Origin: a bacterium
GTDB lineage: Bacteria; RBG-13-61-14; DATKZS01
Assembly (NCBI GenBank): GCA_046484135.1
Contig: JAWOBU010000110.1
Span: 1-39,408 of the forward strand
Reading direction: 5' to 3'
Length of the DNA stretch: 39,408 nucleotides
Part shown: piece by piece, positions 1 through 9,042 of the stretch
Numbering within the stretch: the first letter of the stretch is position 1
Layout of the letters: every line of letters starts with the position of its first letter
Position numbers and translations under genes: made by a program
Notes under the pieces: generated by a model
What the model saw: only the letters and a program-made list of their open reading frames with translations
Told to the model about the DNA's origin: nothing
Databases searched by the model: none

Positions 1-2
1 CA

Positions 3-836
3 GCGTATCTCGCCGTCATAGAGTGCGACGACGTGCTCGAGGTCCCGCGGGTCCATGCCAGGCTTGATGTCCGGGTTGGTGATGAAGCCTTTGCCGTTGA
101 TATCTCCCTGGTAGCCGGGGTCGAACATGGTGTCGTAAGGGGACGGCGGGATATAGTCATAATGCGGGTCCCAGTAATGCACGAACAAAAAGAACCGCTC
201 CTGGTGATGCTCTTCCAGCCAGCCGGTAACCTTGCGGTGCACGATGGGGTTGGTTACGTCCTGCCAGGAGAGCTTTTGCAGGTTCAGGTCTTTGTCCGGG
301 ACCGAGCTCTCGATGCGGGAGCGCAACTGGTGGAAGTTTTCCTCCGATCCTTTTTTGCGGAAAGGGTCCACGTAGGCCGAGTAGGAGTAACAGCAGATGT
401 AGTCGTCAAACCCCTTGCCGAAGCCGAACACCGGGTCGAGCGTGATGGAACTGAAGAAGCCGGCGGTGGTGTACCCGGCTTTCTTCATGGTCTCGGCCAT
501 GGTGATTCTTTTGTCGTCGAGACGGTCATGGGGGATCAGCACACCGTGGACCAGGTCGTACTGGGAGGTGAACATGCCCATATGGGCTGGAATGGTCCAC
601 GAGGTGGTGCTCGCCACGTTCTGAAAACGGACGCCTTGTTTGGCGAGCCGGTCCAGGTTGGGGGTCGTGTTTCTGTGGTAGCCGTAGCTTCCCACGTGGT
701 CCGCCCGCAAGGTGTCTATGGAGACCAGGATTATATTGCCGGGAAGATGAGCCGTGTTATGCTCCCGGAAGCCCACGTAAGCCCCCGCCAATAGAACCAC
801 GATCATGCCGGGAATAAGATATAGCCATCTCTTCAT
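3..836 (-). CDS. Sulfatase-like (alkaline phosphatase superfamily) hydrolase with N-terminal membrane anchor; runs off the window edge
   Basis: Not in the ORF track; translated by hand from ATG at 836: MKRWLYLIPGMIVVLLAGAY...NIILVSIDTLRADHVGSYGY...TPNLDRLA...SWTIPAH...FLFVHYWDPHYDY...ALYDGEIR. The frame is open to the window edge. Confidence 0.88.
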   Translation of the reverse strand, partial: MKRWLYLIPGMIVVLLAGAYVGFREHNTAHLPGNIILVSIDTLRADHVGSYGYHRNTTPNLDRLAKQGVRFQNVASTTSWTIPAHMGMFTSQYDLVHGVLIPHDRLDDKRITMAETMKKAGYTTAGFFSSITLDPVFGFGKGFDDYICCYSYSAYVDPFRKKGSEENFHQLRSRIESSVPDKDLNLQKLSWQDVTNPIVHRKVTGWLEEHHQERFFLFVHYWDPHYDYIPPSPYDTMFDPGYQGDINGKGFITNPDIKPGMDPRDLEHVVALYDGEIR

Positions 837-1088
837 AAACAGAACCCCCGCGCCGGTATTGCGGCCTTTCCAGGAAACCGATTATACCACAGGAGAGCCG
901 GCTATTCTTCCGCCCCAGGTGGATCAGCTTATGAAACCGTGCCTGAAAAGTGAACTTTCCTCGAAATTTCCCGTTTTACTCTCGCGTCCTTTTTGAAAAC
1001 GTACAGATTCCTCGGCGCTGAAGTGAAAATGGAAAAACGCAAAAGCTGCGGGGGCGTGCATGAGCCGCGGACTTTGGTGTAGGCCATG

Positions 1089-1596
1089 ACTCCTTTTCGG
1101 AAGCCGGCCCGCACAACCCCATCTGTGCTGTGCGAGCGACTTTAGTCGCGATCACACAACCCCCCCGCAAGATGGCCCACACAACTCCCGGAAGCCGGCC
1201 CGCACAACTCCCGGACGATGGCCCACACAACCCCCCGCAAGATGGCCCACACAACTTGTTGTGTGGGTGCTCGTAGATTACGGGAGAATCCGCTTCGGTT
1301 GGTAAGGTATATGAAAAAGGCCGGATGGTTTGATCCCGGAGGGGCGCGGCAAACATCTTTTACAATGTACCTCTAGACCCACTTCGTGAGTCCGCCCACA
1401 CAACAAGTTGCGTGGGCCATCATGGCTGCCGGGTGGAGTGGGCTATCATGGTGGCTGAGTTGTGTGGTCCATTTGACAAGGAAGAGTTGTATGTGGCCGA
1501 TTGGAAACAAAGACAAACGTCCTGCTTGCCGGAGACGCTTATGGACTGACTGGCCGGTCATAAAAAATGGGGGAACTTCACTGCCTGAAAAGGAGT
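1089..1596. repeat. REP/REPIN-like repeat cluster: inverted pair of palindromes with tandem half-copies, bounded by a 12-bp imperfect inverted repeat
   Basis: GATGGCCCACACAAC-TT-GTTGTGTGGG (1241-1267) and its inverse at 1395-1421 (26/27 match). CACAAC-ending units end at 1117, 1160, 1185, 1208, 1231 and 1255. Reverse half-copies at 1436-1447, 1459-1472, 1486-1499. Outer IR ACTCCTTTTCGG (1089-1100) / CTGAAAAGGAGT (1585-1596). Confidence 0.8.
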
Positions 1597-1705
1597 GTGA
1601 TTGAAAAAGTTTCGAGTCCGGACTTGCAAACAGGGAAATTTCTATAATAATAGAATAAGCAGTATCTGGTTTGCCGGGCCCAGGCGAAGTGATTGCAACC
1701 GGTTC

Positions 1706-1734
1706 TTGACAGTATCCGGGATAGAGCTTAAAAT
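1706..1734 (+). promoter_or_regulatory. Sigma70-type promoter, probably driving the XRE regulator
   Basis: TTGACA (1706-1711), 17-bp spacer, TAAAAT (1729-1734). Confidence 0.65.
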
Positions 1735-1818
1735 AATTTTGCTACGCTGAAGTCCGCATCTTTTGAGTTTCATCACTTGTCTGAGGGGACGTAGAAACGA
1801 GACCCGGCACATCAGTTA

Positions 1819-2035
1819 GTTCCTGTTGCGAAACTCCGTTTTGGAGTGCGAAAGCTTGCTTTCGCTTTCATAAGTCCCGGCTTACCGGGACTAAAAAAGA
1901 TGGTTTATAAAGCTCTGTGCCTGTTGTAAAGAGCAGTTCCGGGAAGCAAGCTTCCCGGGACAAAGCGGCAGCAAGCTGCCGCACTCCAAGGTAACGCCGC
2001 AAAAGTGAGCAAAATTCTCGTTTCGCAACAGGCAC
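1819..2035. mobile_element. MITE-like non-autonomous element (217 bp) with nested REP-like hairpins
   Basis: Terminal IRs GTTCCTGTTGCGAAAC / GTTTCGCAACAGGCAC (15/16), flanked by TA on both sides. Internal inverted pair TTGGAGTGCGAAAGCTTGCTTTCGCTTT / AAAGCGGCAGCAAGCTGCCGCACTCCAA, plus two further hairpins. Confidence 0.75.
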
Positions 2036-2062
2036 TAGTTAAAATCCAATACAGGAGGAAAG

Positions 2063-2467
2063 GTGTATCCTGCAATGAAGACCATTCAAGAGCGAATCAA
2101 ATCATTACGCATGGAGGGTGAGACCCAGGTCCAGTTCGCGGAACGGCTGGGAACCACCCAGGCATCCATCAGCCGTTACATTAACGGCCGGCAGCCCGAT
2201 CGGGAGACCCTTCTCAAGATAGCGGAGCGGACGGGCACGAGCCTGGACTGGCTGTTGACGGGCCGGGGGAGCGGTTCTTCAGGAGAAGATGGCGGGCACT
2301 CCGACCCCTTGACAGAGGCCATGCGGTCTTTTGCCCGGCTGGACGGGCTCACATCCGAGGACAAGGAAGTACTCCAGGACATGGTATCGCAGTATGTCAA
2401 GGACCCTGCGATCCGGCAGGACATCCTGTCCTTCTGGCGGGCCCGCGGAGGACGCGCTCCGGAGTAA
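2063..2467 (+). CDS. XRE-family helix-turn-helix transcriptional regulator
   Basis: RIKSLR..ETQVQFAERLGTTQASISRYING..P..ETLLKIA..GTSLDWLLTG. AGGAGG at 2053-2058. Start is GTG 2063 or ATG 2075. Confidence 0.9.
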   Translation: MYPAMKTIQERIKSLRMEGETQVQFAERLGTTQASISRYINGRQPDRETLLKIAERTGTSLDWLLTGRGSGSSGEDGGHSDPLTEAMRSFARLDGLTSEDKEVLQDMVSQYVKDPAIRQDILSFWRARGGRAPE

Positions 2468-2544
2468 AAGCCTGCTTTTTCCCTTTCAGAGTTCAGGTCA
2501 TAGTCGGGAGTTGCGTTGAAATTTCCCGTCCCGTTTTGATAATC

Positions 2545-3078
2545 ATGGATGACCACAAAGCCGGGCCGGTACCAAAAGCAAAGGGCACGGTAGGGGAAGC
2601 GTCTTCCCCGCCAGTACGCCTGTTTCGCGGCATCCTCGAGGCAGTAACCGGGATAGACGAACAGGTGCGCCAAAGGTTTGACGACGAATCTTTGTGCCAG
2701 AGGTGCGGTAAATGCTGTCACGCCGCCATCCGGGTGCGGGACCGGATGGTCCTTCTTCAGGACCTTCCCTGCCGCTACCTCAGCTATCAAGAAGACGGTC
2801 ACGCCTTGTGCACGGTGTATCACTTAAGGGAGTTCACCGGCTGGTGCTGCCAGACCTCGGTCGAGTCGGTGAGAAAAGAGCTCTACCCTCCGGATTGTCC
2901 CTACGTTCAGGACATCCCTCATTACCGGGGCAAGATCGAGCTGTCGGCTGAAGAGTTCGAAGAGATAAAGCCGGTGCTCCGGAAGATATTCAAGGGGTGG
3001 CCGCGGCCCTCGTACGTTACCGCCAAGGCCTGGGAGAGGTTCATTCACCGGACTCTGGAGCTTCCTCCGCCGGGCTGA
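2545..3078 (+). CDS. CxxCxxCC cysteine-cluster protein (YkgJ/YcgN-like, putative Zn/Fe-chelating)
   Basis: LCQRCGKCC...PCRYL...LCTVY...GWCC...PPDCPY pattern. Start uncertain. Confidence 0.75.
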   Translation: MDDHKAGPVPKAKGTVGEASSPPVRLFRGILEAVTGIDEQVRQRFDDESLCQRCGKCCHAAIRVRDRMVLLQDLPCRYLSYQEDGHALCTVYHLREFTGWCCQTSVESVRKELYPPDCPYVQDIPHYRGKIELSAEEFEEIKPVLRKIFKGWPRPSYVTAKAWERFIHRTLELPPPG

Positions 3079-4810
3079 AGTCTGCTTTTTCCTCTTCTCC
3101 GGCCGGGCCGGGCGCCTCTTCGTACACGAGCCCTTTCAGCCGCTCCGCCAGGGCGGAAAGCTCCTCCATGGAGCTCTCGATCTCCTTGACCCCGTTCTCG
3201 ACCTCCTTGGCCACCTTCTCCACCTCCTGCACCGAGGACACCATCTGCTGGGTGGCCCCGGACTGCTGCTGGGTGATAAGGCTGATCTCCGAGCCTGCCT
3301 CCCTGGTGCTCTCCACCAGCTCCAGGATGTGCTGGAAAAACTCCTCCATCTTCCGGACCAGGTCCACCCCCTGGGCCACGTCCTTCTGCTCGTCCTCCGC
3401 CAGCATGGCCATCTGGTTGGTCGAGCTCTGGATGGTCTCCACCATCTGCCGCACCGACCCGGTGGACTCCTGGGTACGGTTGGCCAGCCGCCGCACTTCC
3501 TCCGCCACCACCGAGAAACGCCGGCCCGCGTCTCCCGCGCCCGCGGCCTCGATGGCCGCGTTCAGGGCCAGAAGCTCGGTCTGGTCGCTGATCTCCTCGA
3601 TGATGTCTATGACGCCCCCGATGTTCTTGGCTTCTTCCACCAGCTCCCGGATTTGGAAGCTCCCTTTTTCCACCTGGGAGCGTATCTGCTCCATGCTTTG
3701 CAGCGAGTTGTCAATGAGCTCCTTGCCCTGATGGGCGGCCTCTGAGGTCTGGTTGGACGCCTGGCTCACCAAGCCCGCGGTCTCCGCGATCTTGCTGGCG
3801 GATGAGGCGACTTCTTCGGCGCTGGAGACCACCTCCTGGACCACGGTGGCCTGCTCGGTGGCCCCGCTGGACTGCTCCGAGGTGACCCCCAGGAGGTTGT
3901 TCGAGGTGCTGGTCAGAAGCTCGATTGCCTCCCGCACGTTCTCTATCACCGACTCCAGCCGGCCGGTCTGGTTGCGGATGTTTATTGCCATGTGGTTGAA
4001 GGTCTCGGTCAAAAGACCGATCTCGTCCCGGGTGGTGGCATCCACCTGCACGTTGTAGTTTCCTTCGCTGAGCTTCCCCGCGGCCTCCGCCAGCCGGTTG
4101 ATGGGAGGAAGAATCCGCCGGAGCACCCACAAAGCGAAAAGCAGGCTGACCACCACCAGCACCGCTATAATGGAGTATCCCTGCGTCCTGGTGCTGGAGA
4201 CCTCGGAATAAAGCCCTTCCAGGGACATACCGATCCGGGCCCAGCCTTCCGGAGAACCCTCGCCGAAACGCTCCTCCGGATAGACGGGCATGACAAAGTC
4301 AAGGTACCTGTCTCTGTCCTCGGACCGGAGAGCGTAGAGTTCGATCTCCTCTGTACTTTTCGAAGGCGAATCATGCAGGAACTTGTTCACGTCCTCCAGG
4401 AAGTTCTCCGGCTTGCTTTCCCTGTCGGCGCGGGCAGGGGAAGGAAACCGGAAATCCTTTCCCGAGCGCTCTTTGGCATATCGTTCCAGCAGCTTCTCGG
4501 GCTTGCCTTTTTCGTCCTTTCCGTAAACCACCGCGTAAGAGATCAGGGGATCGGAGAGCAGGGACTCCACCGGGGGCCGAAGTTCCTGGGTGCTGCCGGT
4601 GATGACGCCGAAGAACAGGTTCTTGGACGAGTTCTGGATAAGCGACTTGCCGTGAAGCCGGTAAAGACGCATCTGGGACTCGTAGAGCCGGTTGATGTTG
4701 CCGTGGGTGTAATAGACCATGATAATACCTATGGCCGCGATCATGATCACCAGGGACACCAGGATGCGGAAAGAAAGGCGGTTGTAGAGCTTCAGGTTTG
4801 CGGTACTCAT
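3041..4810 (-). CDS. Methyl-accepting chemotaxis protein (TM, periplasmic sensor, TM, HAMP, signalling domain)
   Basis: Two TM helices, HAMP ([22 protein letters not shown]) and signalling hairpin [34 protein letters not shown]. Confidence 0.95.
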   Translation of the reverse strand: MSTANLKLYNRLSFRILVSLVIMIAAIGIIMVYYTHGNINRLYESQMRLYRLHGKSLIQNSSKNLFFGVITGSTQELRPPVESLLSDPLISYAVVYGKDEKGKPEKLLERYAKERSGKDFRFPSPARADRESKPENFLEDVNKFLHDSPSKSTEEIELYALRSEDRDRYLDFVMPVYPEERFGEGSPEGWARIGMSLEGLYSEVSSTRTQGYSIIAVLVVVSLLFALWVLRRILPPINRLAEAAGKLSEGNYNVQVDATTRDEIGLLTETFNHMAINIRNQTGRLESVIENVREAIELLTSTSNNLLGVTSEQSSGATEQATVVQEVVSSAEEVASSASKIAETAGLVSQASNQTSEAAHQGKELIDNSLQSMEQIRSQVEKGSFQIRELVEEAKNIGGVIDIIEEISDQTELLALNAAIEAAGAGDAGRRFSVVAEEVRRLANRTQESTGSVRQMVETIQSSTNQMAMLAEDEQKDVAQGVDLVRKMEEFFQHILELVESTREAGSEISLITQQQSGATQQMVSSVQEVEKVAKEVENGVKEIESSMEELSALAERLKGLVYEEAPGPAGEEEKADFSPAEEAPESGE

Positions 4811-5721
4811 TCAATCACCTGCGCCGCTTTTTCTATCATCCCGGGAGCGAGCTTAATGTTGAGGTTCTCGGTCATCTTTCGGTTGATGATAAGCTCGCCC
4901 TCCGAGTACACCACGTCTCCCGGCTCAGGGGTCTTTCCCCCCGCTACCTTCTTAGCCTGCCGGGCCGCGGTCCTGCCAACGCTCTCCGCGGAAGGCACCA
5001 GCGCCGCGGCGGCGCCGGCGCGCCCCAGCCGCTTTTCCCCGCAAAAGACCGGGACCTTCGAGGATATGGACTGCTTGATGATGAACTGGTTGCTGTGCTT
5101 GCTTAGAACCTGCGGGTCCGTAAGGACCCATAACAGGTCCACCCGCGGCATAAGCGACTTCAGCTTCGCCGGGATTTCTTTCACGTTCTTACAGGGCGAG
5201 ACCTCGAGATCAATCCCGCGGCTCCGCGCTCTGCTCTTGATCCGGCTCAATTTCACCTGGGAGTACTCGGGTGCGTACAAAAGCCCCACTTTTTCCGCCT
5301 CCGGGAAAAGCTCCTTGATGCCGGCAAGCTGGTCCGAGGGGGAAGTCTCGTGATACACGCCCACCGCGTTCATGTCGGTGAGCGAGAACTCGGCCGCCCG
5401 GAAAGAGCTGCAGTAGACCACCGGCACCTCTGCAAGATACCACTTGGCCGCCTGGGCGGCAAGGTCACCCACCACCACCACCACCAGGTCGGGTCCGCGG
5501 GCCTCCAGCTTCTCCCCTTCCTTCTTCTGCTTGATGTCCGAACCTTCAAGGTTTATGACCTCGACCTCTTTGCCGAACTCCGACTGGAAAGATTTGGAGA
5601 CCGACCGGATATCCTCGGCGGAGTCGGAAAGCAGCACCACCACGTCCGGCGAGGGGGCCGCGCCCGAGGCCCCGAACGCACCTACTGTCAATAGCATGGC
5701 AAGGATAAATATCTTTTTCAT
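4807..5721 (-). CDS. Periplasmic ABC-type substrate-binding protein (ABC_sub_bind/YrbN-like)
   Basis: Signal peptide [21 protein letters not shown] with GAGGTG upstream; motifs [24 protein letters not shown]...GR.AA. 4-bp overlap with the MCP start. Confidence 0.82.
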   Translation of the reverse strand: MKKIFILAMLLTVGAFGASGAAPSPDVVVLLSDSAEDIRSVSKSFQSEFGKEVEVINLEGSDIKQKKEGEKLEARGPDLVVVVVGDLAAQAAKWYLAEVPVVYCSSFRAAEFSLTDMNAVGVYHETSPSDQLAGIKELFPEAEKVGLLYAPEYSQVKLSRIKSRARSRGIDLEVSPCKNVKEIPAKLKSLMPRVDLLWVLTDPQVLSKHSNQFIIKQSISSKVPVFCGEKRLGRAGAAAALVPSAESVGRTAARQAKKVAGGKTPEPGDVVYSEGELIINRKMTENLNIKLAPGMIEKAAQVIE

Positions 5722-6071
5722 GACAACACCTCGATAGAAGTTGAATTTATCGTGTTCAGGATGAGTAACTTCTGCGTGCAAGCGGCGAAAGACGCGAGAT
5801 AACCCTCCCTTGCCTTCATATCCCGCCTTCTTTCTCCACGTCCCATCTTGACCGCTAGAAGCGATCTCCCCCATATCCTGGGGAACGCGAGTTGCCGTGT
5901 TTTCGATGAGACCAACTGCCTGAAAGTACTCTGGCTCTCCAGGAGGACTCGGCTTTACAGGTAAGAAAAGTAGAAGCTCTCGGTCCTTAATGCAAGCGCT
6001 CGGTAGTAAAAGGAAGGTATCACAAATCCGCTTTCAGCGCAGTATAACCAGGCAATGTTTGTCAAACAACG

Positions 6072-7322
6072 CTAATGCTTGAAGCTCCGCTCGCCGGTAA
6101 ACACCATGGCAGCGCCGTACTCGTTTACCGCCTCGATGACCTCGAAGTCCCGCGCGCTGCCCCCCGGCTGGATCACCGCGGAGACCCCCTCTTTCAGGCC
6201 GACCTCGACGCCGTCCCGGAACGGGAAGAAGGCGTCCGACACCATGACCGAGCCTTCCAGCCCGCCGTGCCTCTCCGCTGCCATCCGCTCGTACTTTTTG
6301 CGCTCCTTCTTGTTCGTAAGCTCGGCCAGGGCCACCCCTTTCTCATCAAAGCACAACAGGTCCGCAAGCTTGCGATAGGCCTTGTCGCGGGCGATCTCGG
6401 CCACACCCACCCGGTCCTGCTCGCCGGTGCCGATGCCCACCGTAACCCCGTCCTTTACGTAGAGCACCGAGTTCGAGGTCACACCCGCTTCCACCATCCA
6501 ACCGAACAGCATGTCATTTACCTGTTTCTTGGTCGGCTTCTTCCTCACCTTGTAGAGCTTCCCCTCATGCTCGGCCTCCGCGGGCTTCAGCTCTTTTGCG
6601 CTTTTGACCCGCGGCTCAAACGACCACTGCACCACCTGGCCGCCGTCAATAAGCGCCTTGAACTCGAGAACCGGCGAGCCCTGGAACTCCTCCAGCCGGT
6701 CCATGTTGTTTATCTTCATGATGCGAAGGTTCTTTCTTTTGGAAAGAATGTCCAGGGTCCCGTCTTCATACTCGGGCGCGGCCACCACCTCGGCGTACCT
6801 GCGGGAAATCTCACGGGCGGTGGTCTTGTCGCAGGCCCGGTTCAGAGCGATGGCGCCCCCGAAGGCCGCGATCCGGTCCGCCCGGTCCGCCTTTACGTAG
6901 GCGCTCCGGAGGCTCTTTGCCCGCGCCGCGCCGCAGGGGTTGTTGTGTTTTATGATGACCGCGGCCGGACTGTCCGCGAGGTAGCGCAGGATGTTCAAGG
7001 CAGCGTCCACGTCGGTCAGGTTTATCTTGCCGGGGTGCTTGCCCGACTGGATCAGCTCGGCGTCCGAGACCAGGTACCGGCCGGGCTTTATCATTCGCAC
7101 GTCCCCCAGCACCAGGTTGCCGTTCACCAGGCGATAGAGCGCCGCCTCTTGAGTCGGGTTCTCCCCGTAGCGCAGGCCCTTTCTCTCCCCCTTGATCTCC
7201 CAGCCCGCCTTTTCGTATATAAGCGACTGCCGCGAGTCTCCCTCCCCAAAGGCGATCTCCATGCGGGAGGGAAAATGATCGCCCACGATCTTCTTGTACA
7301 TCTCTTTCAGGTCGCCTGACAT
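6072..7322 (-). CDS. purH: AICAR transformylase domain of PurH encoded as a separate gene
   Basis: LRYGENPTQEA, IIKHNNPCG, SNSV, GIGTGEQDRV, SDAFFPFRDG, IQPGGS.RD, C-terminal MVFTGERSFKH. Confidence 0.88.
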   Translation of the reverse strand: MSGDLKEMYKKIVGDHFPSRMEIAFGEGDSRQSLIYEKAGWEIKGERKGLRYGENPTQEAALYRLVNGNLVLGDVRMIKPGRYLVSDAELIQSGKHPGKINLTDVDAALNILRYLADSPAAVIIKHNNPCGAARAKSLRSAYVKADRADRIAAFGGAIALNRACDKTTAREISRRYAEVVAAPEYEDGTLDILSKRKNLRIMKINNMDRLEEFQGSPVLEFKALIDGGQVVQWSFEPRVKSAKELKPAEAEHEGKLYKVRKKPTKKQVNDMLFGWMVEAGVTSNSVLYVKDGVTVGIGTGEQDRVGVAEIARDKAYRKLADLLCFDEKGVALAELTNKKERKKYERMAAERHGGLEGSVMVSDAFFPFRDGVEVGLKEGVSAVIQPGGSARDFEVIEAVNEYGAAMVFTGERSFKH

Positions 7323-7348
7323 CCCGGCCTCCTTTGCACTGCTCTTTC

Positions 7349-8029
7349 TTACTTGATCTCGGGGTACGACTTCTTTACCGCGGCGAAGTTCTTTTTTGAA
7401 AGGAACTCGGTTATGGCCCGGTCATAGTCCGCGGTGTGCTGGAAGGCCTTGCGGGCCAGCTCGTACCGGAGCTTGAGGCTGGTTTTGCCCTTGTTGGTTT
7501 CGAGCTCCTTTAAAACCTTTTTATAGTCGGCCGGGTCCGTAACCGGCGCCACCCGCAGGTAGTTCTTGGCTGAGGCCCTTATCATGCAAGGGCCGCCAAT
7601 GTCTATGTTGGCCCGGGCTTCCTCCACCGTTACACCCTTTTTGGCCACTGTCTCCTGAAAAGGATAGAGGTTCACCACCACCATGTCTATGGGAACCGCG
7701 GCGGTGCGTTTCAGATCCGAGCGGTGAGAGGAGTTGTAGGTCTCGGTAAGAAGCCCCAGGTAAATCTTGAAGTCCAGGGTCTTCACCAGCCCGCCCTGCG
7801 TCTCCGGCTGGCCCGTATAGTCCGAGACCTTGCCGAGCTTCTTGTCCGCCTTGTCGCCCAGGATATCCCGGAGCCGCTCGTAAGTGCCCCCAGTAGATAT
7901 GAGCCGGGCCCGCGGGCAAAGCCGCAAAAGCTCCGGCACGAACTCGGAAAGCCCGGACTTGTCGGACACGCTTATAAGAATGTGCCTTACGGAAACCAGG
8001 TCATCAATCTTTTCCACTATGTTCTTCAT
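7349..8029 (-). CDS. purH: IMP cyclohydrolase (MGS-like) domain of PurH encoded as a separate gene
   Basis: ISVSDKSGL, ISTGGT, VSDYTGQPE.GGLVKTL, IDMVVVNLYPF, NIDIGGP.MIRA.AKN, AFQHTADYD. GGAGG RBS before ATG 8029. Confidence 0.88.
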   Translation of the reverse strand: MKNIVEKIDDLVSVRHILISVSDKSGLSEFVPELLRLCPRARLISTGGTYERLRDILGDKADKKLGKVSDYTGQPETQGGLVKTLDFKIYLGLLTETYNSSHRSDLKRTAAVPIDMVVVNLYPFQETVAKKGVTVEEARANIDIGGPCMIRASAKNYLRVAPVTDPADYKKVLKELETNKGKTSLKLRYELARKAFQHTADYDRAITEFLSKKNFAAVKKSYPEIK

Positions 8030-8078
8030 TAAAACCTCCCATATCTGCACAAATGGGCATCCCCGCGGCACCGCTTAA

Positions 8079-8107
8079 ATAATAGGATTATCCGATTCTC
8101 AGCGCAA
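8079..8107 (-). promoter_or_regulatory. Possible sigma70 promoter for the split purH pair
   Basis: Minus strand TTGCGC, 17 bp, TATTAT. Confidence 0.4.
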
Positions 8108-8111
8108 GCGC

Positions 8112-8145
8112 AAAAAGAAAGGTCCCCGTAATCCGGCAGGACCTT
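8112..8145 (-). terminator. Intrinsic terminator after tupC
   Basis: Minus strand AAGGTCC-TGCCGGATTACGG-GGACCTT followed by TCTTTTT, immediately after the stop codon. Confidence 0.6.
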
Positions 8146-8148
8146 AAC

Positions 8149-9042
8149 TTAAAAGGGTTCGAGCCGCACTGCTTCACCGGGGACCGGCCGGGCCGCTTCC
8201 ACTTCGGAAGGGGGAACGCGGACGCGCAGGTGGTGCCGATCCAGGGTGAGGATACAAAAGTCCCCCAGGAGCTCCATACCACCTATGAACTCGGAAGAAA
8301 GCCCGAAAACAGAAGCCTTAAGCTGGATGATGAGCGCGTTCTCTTGCCGTTTCAGAGAGCCTTCCACTATGGTGGAGCCGCCCTCTCGCACCGTTCCGTC
8401 CTCGAGGGGAAAGACCCGGTCGGCTATGCGAAAGGCCTGGGAGCTGTCGTGGGTGGCCAGTATTATACTGGTCCCCCTTTGATCGCGAAGCCCCGAAACC
8501 GTCTTCTCGATCCCTCTGACGCTGCCGGAGTCCACGTGAGCGGTGGGCTCGTCCAGGACCAGCACCCGGGGATCGCAAACCATGGCCCGGGCAATGGCCA
8601 TCCTTTGCAGCTCGCCCCCGGAGAGGGTCCCCGCCCGGCGGTGGCCGGTGCCGGCAAGGCCGACCTCGGCAAGCGCCCGCTCGACCCGTTCTTCCTGGTC
8701 CCCCTTTTTCATGCCCCTCGCTTTCAGACCGAAAGCAACGTTCGCGAAAACACTGCCCCGGAAGGCGTAAGGGTTCTGGGCCACCATGGTGATTATCTTC
8801 CGGGCCTGGAACCAGTCGCCCCGTTCTAAAAGCTTTTTGCCGCCGACCTTAACCTCGCCCCGCTCGGGATGGTCCAGGCAGGCCAGGATGCGAAGCAGGG
8901 TGGATTTGCCCGCACCGTTCGGACCCTGGAAAGCGGTGATGGAAGAAGCATCGAAAGAAATCTTCTCTACCTCAAGAACCGGCTTGCCCCCGTAGCACTT
9001 GCGGAGGTCCCGGACCTCGAGCACCGGTGTCTCCGGACACAT
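8149..9042 (-). CDS. tupC: Tungstate/oxyanion ABC transporter ATP-binding protein with C-terminal TOBE-like region
   Basis: GPNGAGKST, LSGGELQR, VLDEPTAHVD, ATHD; overlaps the tupB stop. Confidence 0.82.
   Translation of the reverse strand: MCPETPVLEVRDLRKCYGGKPVLEVEKISFDASSITAFQGPNGAGKSTLLRILACLDHPERGEVKVGGKKLLERGDWFQARKIITMVAQNPYAFRGSVFANVAFGLKARGMKKGDQEERVERALAEVGLAGTGHRRAGTLSGGELQRMAIARAMVCDPRVLVLDEPTAHVDSGSVRGIEKTVSGLRDQRGTSIILATHDSSQAFRIADRVFPLEDGTVREGGSTIVEGSLKRQENALIIQLKASVFGLSSEFIGGMELLGDFCILTLDRHHLRVRVPPSEVEAARPVPGEAVRLEPF

Noticed and set aside
33..794. 253-aa plus-strand ORF
   Set aside because: It is the antisense shadow of the sulfatase-like gene, which has clear motifs on the minus strand.
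1098..1267. Possible CRISPR or guide-RNA array
   Set aside because: The period is only 23-25 bp, linkers are ~8-10 nt and recur, and no cas or nuclease gene is nearby.
976..1604. Short ORFs across the repeat cluster (976-1356, 1373-1561, 1386-1604)
   Set aside because: They are translations of the DNA repeats with no protein motifs.
1741..1816. CTGAGG...GAAAC resembling a hammerhead ribozyme core
   Set aside because: It lacks the CUGAnGA consensus and I could not build the three required stems.
5722..6071. Possible c-di-GMP riboswitch upstream of the binding protein/MCP pair, and the longer ORF start at 5874
   Set aside because: No GEMM-like motif was recognised; the signal peptide and RBS support a start at 5721.
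8030..8078. Possible ZTP riboswitch ahead of purH
   Set aside because: The leader is short and lacks the conserved motif; there is only a weak hairpin over the RBS.
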